A DNA stretch of 64,000 nt. Origin: an uncultured Candidatus Saccharibacteria bacterium. GTDB lineage: Bacteria; Patescibacteriota; Saccharimonadia; Saccharimonadales; JAGQNJ01. Positions 60,226 to 64,000 of the stretch are shown one piece after another (position 1 is the first letter of the stretch; each line of letters begins with the position of its first letter). The notes under the pieces are model-generated. The model saw nothing but the letters and a program-made list of their open reading frames with translations. It was not told where the DNA came from and did no database searches. A program made the position numbers and the translations under genes. Location: positions 153,986 through 217,985 of the forward strand of contig CAZRSX010000001.1 in assembly GCA_964602865.1 (NCBI GenBank). Direction: 5' to 3'.

Positions 60226-60723
60226 ATGAGTAAAAAACTAACCCTCAAAGATTTAGAGCAGCAAGTCGGCGAGCTAACCGAAGCGTTGCAGCGCGAGCGG
60301 GCCGATGCCGTGAACTTACGGCGCCGACAGGAAGAGCAAATCGGCAGCCTCACAACAGTGGTCAAAGCGCAGGTTATTCAGGAATTACTACCGGCAATCG
60401 ATAACCTGGAGCGGGCGCTGAAGCATGTACCAAGTTCTAGTCAACAGTCAACAGTCAACAGTCAACAGCAAAAAACGTGGGAAGACTGGGCTAAGGGTGT
60501 CTTGGGTATCAAATCACAGTTTGAAAAGACACTGACTGATTTGGGAGTCCAGCGCATCAAGACAGTTGGCGAAATATTTGACCCTAGCATCCACGAAGCA
60601 GTTGGCATGGAAGATGGCGACGGCGACCACGAGATTGTCAGTGAAGAATTACAGCCAGGCTATCTCTTGGGTGATGAAGTCATCCGCCACGCCATGGTAA
60701 AGGTAAAACGGGAGGCGAAGTAA
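60226..60723 (+). CDS. grpE: nucleotide exchange factor GrpE
   Basis: Coiled-coil N-terminus, LLPAIDNLERAL, and a C-terminal beta-domain (FDPSIHEAV...GYLLGDEVIRHAMVKV). Confidence 0.9.
   Translation: MSKKLTLKDLEQQVGELTEALQRERADAVNLRRRQEEQIGSLTTVVKAQVIQELLPAIDNLERALKHVPSSSQQSTVNSQQQKTWEDWAKGVLGIKSQFEKTLTDLGVQRIKTVGEIFDPSIHEAVGMEDGDGDHEIVSEELQPGYLLGDEVIRHAMVKVKREAK
60441..60468 (+). repeat. 4 x TCAACAG heptanucleotide tandem repeat inside grpE
   Basis: Four perfect tandem copies, encoding SQQSTVNSQQ in a loop after the LERAL motif. Confidence 0.95.
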
Positions 60724-60944
60724 TGACAACACCAGATGGTAGAACTATGGAATCTAGCGAATTTCTTGGCACTGCGGAAAAAATACGAGCCACAGATGCC
60801 CAAGGACAACCTGTTATACCTGATATAGATACCCTTGCAAATACTGATGACACGCAACATCCCAGGCCATATCGTAAAAGTGGTTTCGCTGTGGCAGGCA
60901 ATCCACCCCCAAAACCGCCACTAGAACAAGAATTCACAGATTAA
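60723..60944 (+). CDS. 73-aa Pro/Thr/Asp-rich hypothetical ORF between grpE and dnaK
   Basis: Its ATG overlaps the grpE stop (TAATG). The composition looks disordered and there is no recognisable domain. Coding status is uncertain. Confidence 0.3.
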   Translation: MTTPDGRTMESSEFLGTAEKIRATDAQGQPVIPDIDTLANTDDTQHPRPYRKSGFAVAGNPPPKPPLEQEFTD

Positions 60945-60966
60945 TTAAAGAAAAGGAGAATAATAA

Positions 60967-62901
<1,935 letters not shown>

Positions 62902-63255
62902 ATGCTAGAGCCCCAGGAACTAGTGTTTTCTTATCAGCGCGAAGTGTTTCTTGATCTTGTGCGGGATAACCTCTATGGGTGGGAAACTCCTCAGAGCAAG
63001 CAACGAGTCGATAAGTACCTAGAGGCTCTGAAGGACGGAGCAATGTTTCCTGCAGTTGCAGCATACGAAGTTGACAATGATTTTTACCTAACGCCGACTA
63101 TAGAATTGCCTAATGGGTTGCCGGACGGAGGTCACCACAGAGCCATAGCACATTTCTTGGGTGGGGTACCACTCAGGGTGAGAGTTCTTTTCGGAGGAGG
63201 TGTGCCATACACACGACGAGCACAGCTAAACGTAAGAGAGATGAAGGTGGCTTAA
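62902..63255 (+). CDS. small ParB/Srx-fold-like protein inserted between dnaK and dnaJ
   Basis: 117 aa. The ATG abuts the dnaK stop (TAGATG). The pattern [20 protein letters not shown]....[19 protein letters not shown] resembles the ParB-like nuclease domain core (DGxHR..A). Confidence 0.45.
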   Translation: MLEPQELVFSYQREVFLDLVRDNLYGWETPQSKQRVDKYLEALKDGAMFPAVAAYEVDNDFYLTPTIELPNGLPDGGHHRAIAHFLGGVPLRVRVLFGGGVPYTRRAQLNVREMKVA

Positions 63256-63257
63256 TA

Positions 63258-64000
63258 ATGACCAAGCGTGACTACTACGAGGTTTTGGGAGTCGGCAAGG
63301 GCGCGAGTGCTGACGAAATAAAAAAGGCCTTTCGCAAAAAGGCTGTCGAACACCACCCGGACAAGGGCGGTGATGAGACGAAGTTCAAGGAAATCAACGA
63401 AGCTTACGAAGTGCTCAAAGATCCCTCCAAACGCCAACGCTATGACCAATTTGGTCATGCCGGTGTTGGTGGTGCCAGCGGTGGTCCGGGTGCGGGCGGT
63501 TTTGGCGGGTTCGGGCAGGGCCAAGAAATGCACTTTGACTTTGGTGACCTGGGACTGGGCGATATATTTGGAAGTTTTTTTGGCGGCCAACAGCAAGGCG
63601 GCCGTTCCAGGAGGCAACGTCGCGGCAACGACATGCAGACAGCGGTTGACCTGACGTTTGAGCAAGCCGTGTTCGGCACCGAAGTCGATCTGCACCTTCA
63701 TATCAATGATGCCTGCGAGCACTGCAAAGGTACGACGGTCGAACCTGGCCATGAACTCAAAACCTGCCCAACGTGCAAAGGCTCAGGCCAAGTTGTCTCG
63801 GTAACGCGTACGGTGTTTGGCAATATCCAGCAAGCAACTGTCTGCAAAGAATGTGAAGGCACCGGCAAGGTTCCCGAAAAAGTCTGTTCTGTCTGTCATG
63901 GCAAGGGTGTGAAAGAAAAAAAGCAAGAGATAAAGCTCAAAGTGCCAGCTGGCATTGACGACGGCGCGACGATTCGCCTGCACGAACGCGGCGAAGCCAT
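63258..64000 (+). CDS. dnaJ: molecular chaperone DnaJ (3'-truncated by the window edge)
   Basis: J-domain [12 protein letters not shown]...[20 protein letters not shown], a G/F region, and four CxxCxGxG zinc-finger repeats ([31 protein letters not shown]). It is absent from the ORF track because no stop is reached. Confidence 0.95.
   Translation, partial: MTKRDYYEVLGVGKGASADEIKKAFRKKAVEHHPDKGGDETKFKEINEAYEVLKDPSKRQRYDQFGHAGVGGASGGPGAGGFGGFGQGQEMHFDFGDLGLGDIFGSFFGGQQQGGRSRRQRRGNDMQTAVDLTFEQAVFGTEVDLHLHINDACEHCKGTTVEPGHELKTCPTCKGSGQVVSVTRTVFGNIQQATVCKECEGTGKVPEKVCSVCHGKGVKEKKQEIKLKVPAGIDDGATIRLHERGEA

Noticed and set aside
63252-63983. Minus-strand ORFs (63252-63752, 63455-63679, 63783-63983), the only track entries at the right edge apart from one short plus-strand ORF (63370-63654)
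   Set aside because: The plus strand encodes an unmistakable DnaJ (J-domain, G/F region, four CxxCxGxG repeats), which the track omits because no stop is reached. The minus-strand ORFs are antisense shadows.

Overview
This 64-kb chromosomal window is gene-dense, with about 75 CDS, most on the plus strand. It looks like a small-genome, Gram-positive-like bacterium. The gene content suggests a Patescibacteria/Saccharibacteria-like (CPR) organism, but that is inference only. Supporting features are an archaeal-type AspRS, a long eukaryote-type GuaA, a DNPH1/MazG/NUDIX/HIT nucleotide-sanitation set, an orphan PyrB, many P/Q-rich, SLH-like or propeller surface proteins, and an LAxTG sorting signal. 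Housekeeping anchors are aspS, idi, tsaC, dus, guaA, pyrB-tilS-ftsH, murJ, lepA, and CIRCE-hrcA-grpE-dnaK-dnaJ, where dnaJ runs off the right edge and is missing from the ORF track. There are three tRNA genes and all carry a CAU anticodon (Ile2-like, initiator, elongator Met). There are two type II TA modules (vapBC, phd/relE), two ABC-2 exporters, and an EndoQ-like PHP nuclease near a UvrD-like helicase. I saw no CRISPR array, transposase, integrase or reverse transcriptase. The most interesting signals are listed here. (1) A surface-protein locus at 54.5-57.8 kb has a G10 tract in the promoter spacer, an A7 frameshift splitting a ~628-aa LAxTG propeller protein, repeated flanks and paralog remnants, which makes it a candidate phase-variable or recombining locus. 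(2) A phd/relE cassette is inserted at the 3' end of the EndoQ-like gene and leaves a synonymously diverged duplicate of that gene end. (3) A -10-like hexamer lies 6-10 nt upstream of many start codons, implying leaderless mRNAs, including one palindromic bidirectional -10. (4) A SAM-I-like riboswitch candidate precedes a trans-sulfuration gene. (5) A leader-peptide/terminator attenuator candidate precedes the pyrB operon. (6) Two extra small genes and a 7-nt tandem repeat sit inside the heat-shock operon.
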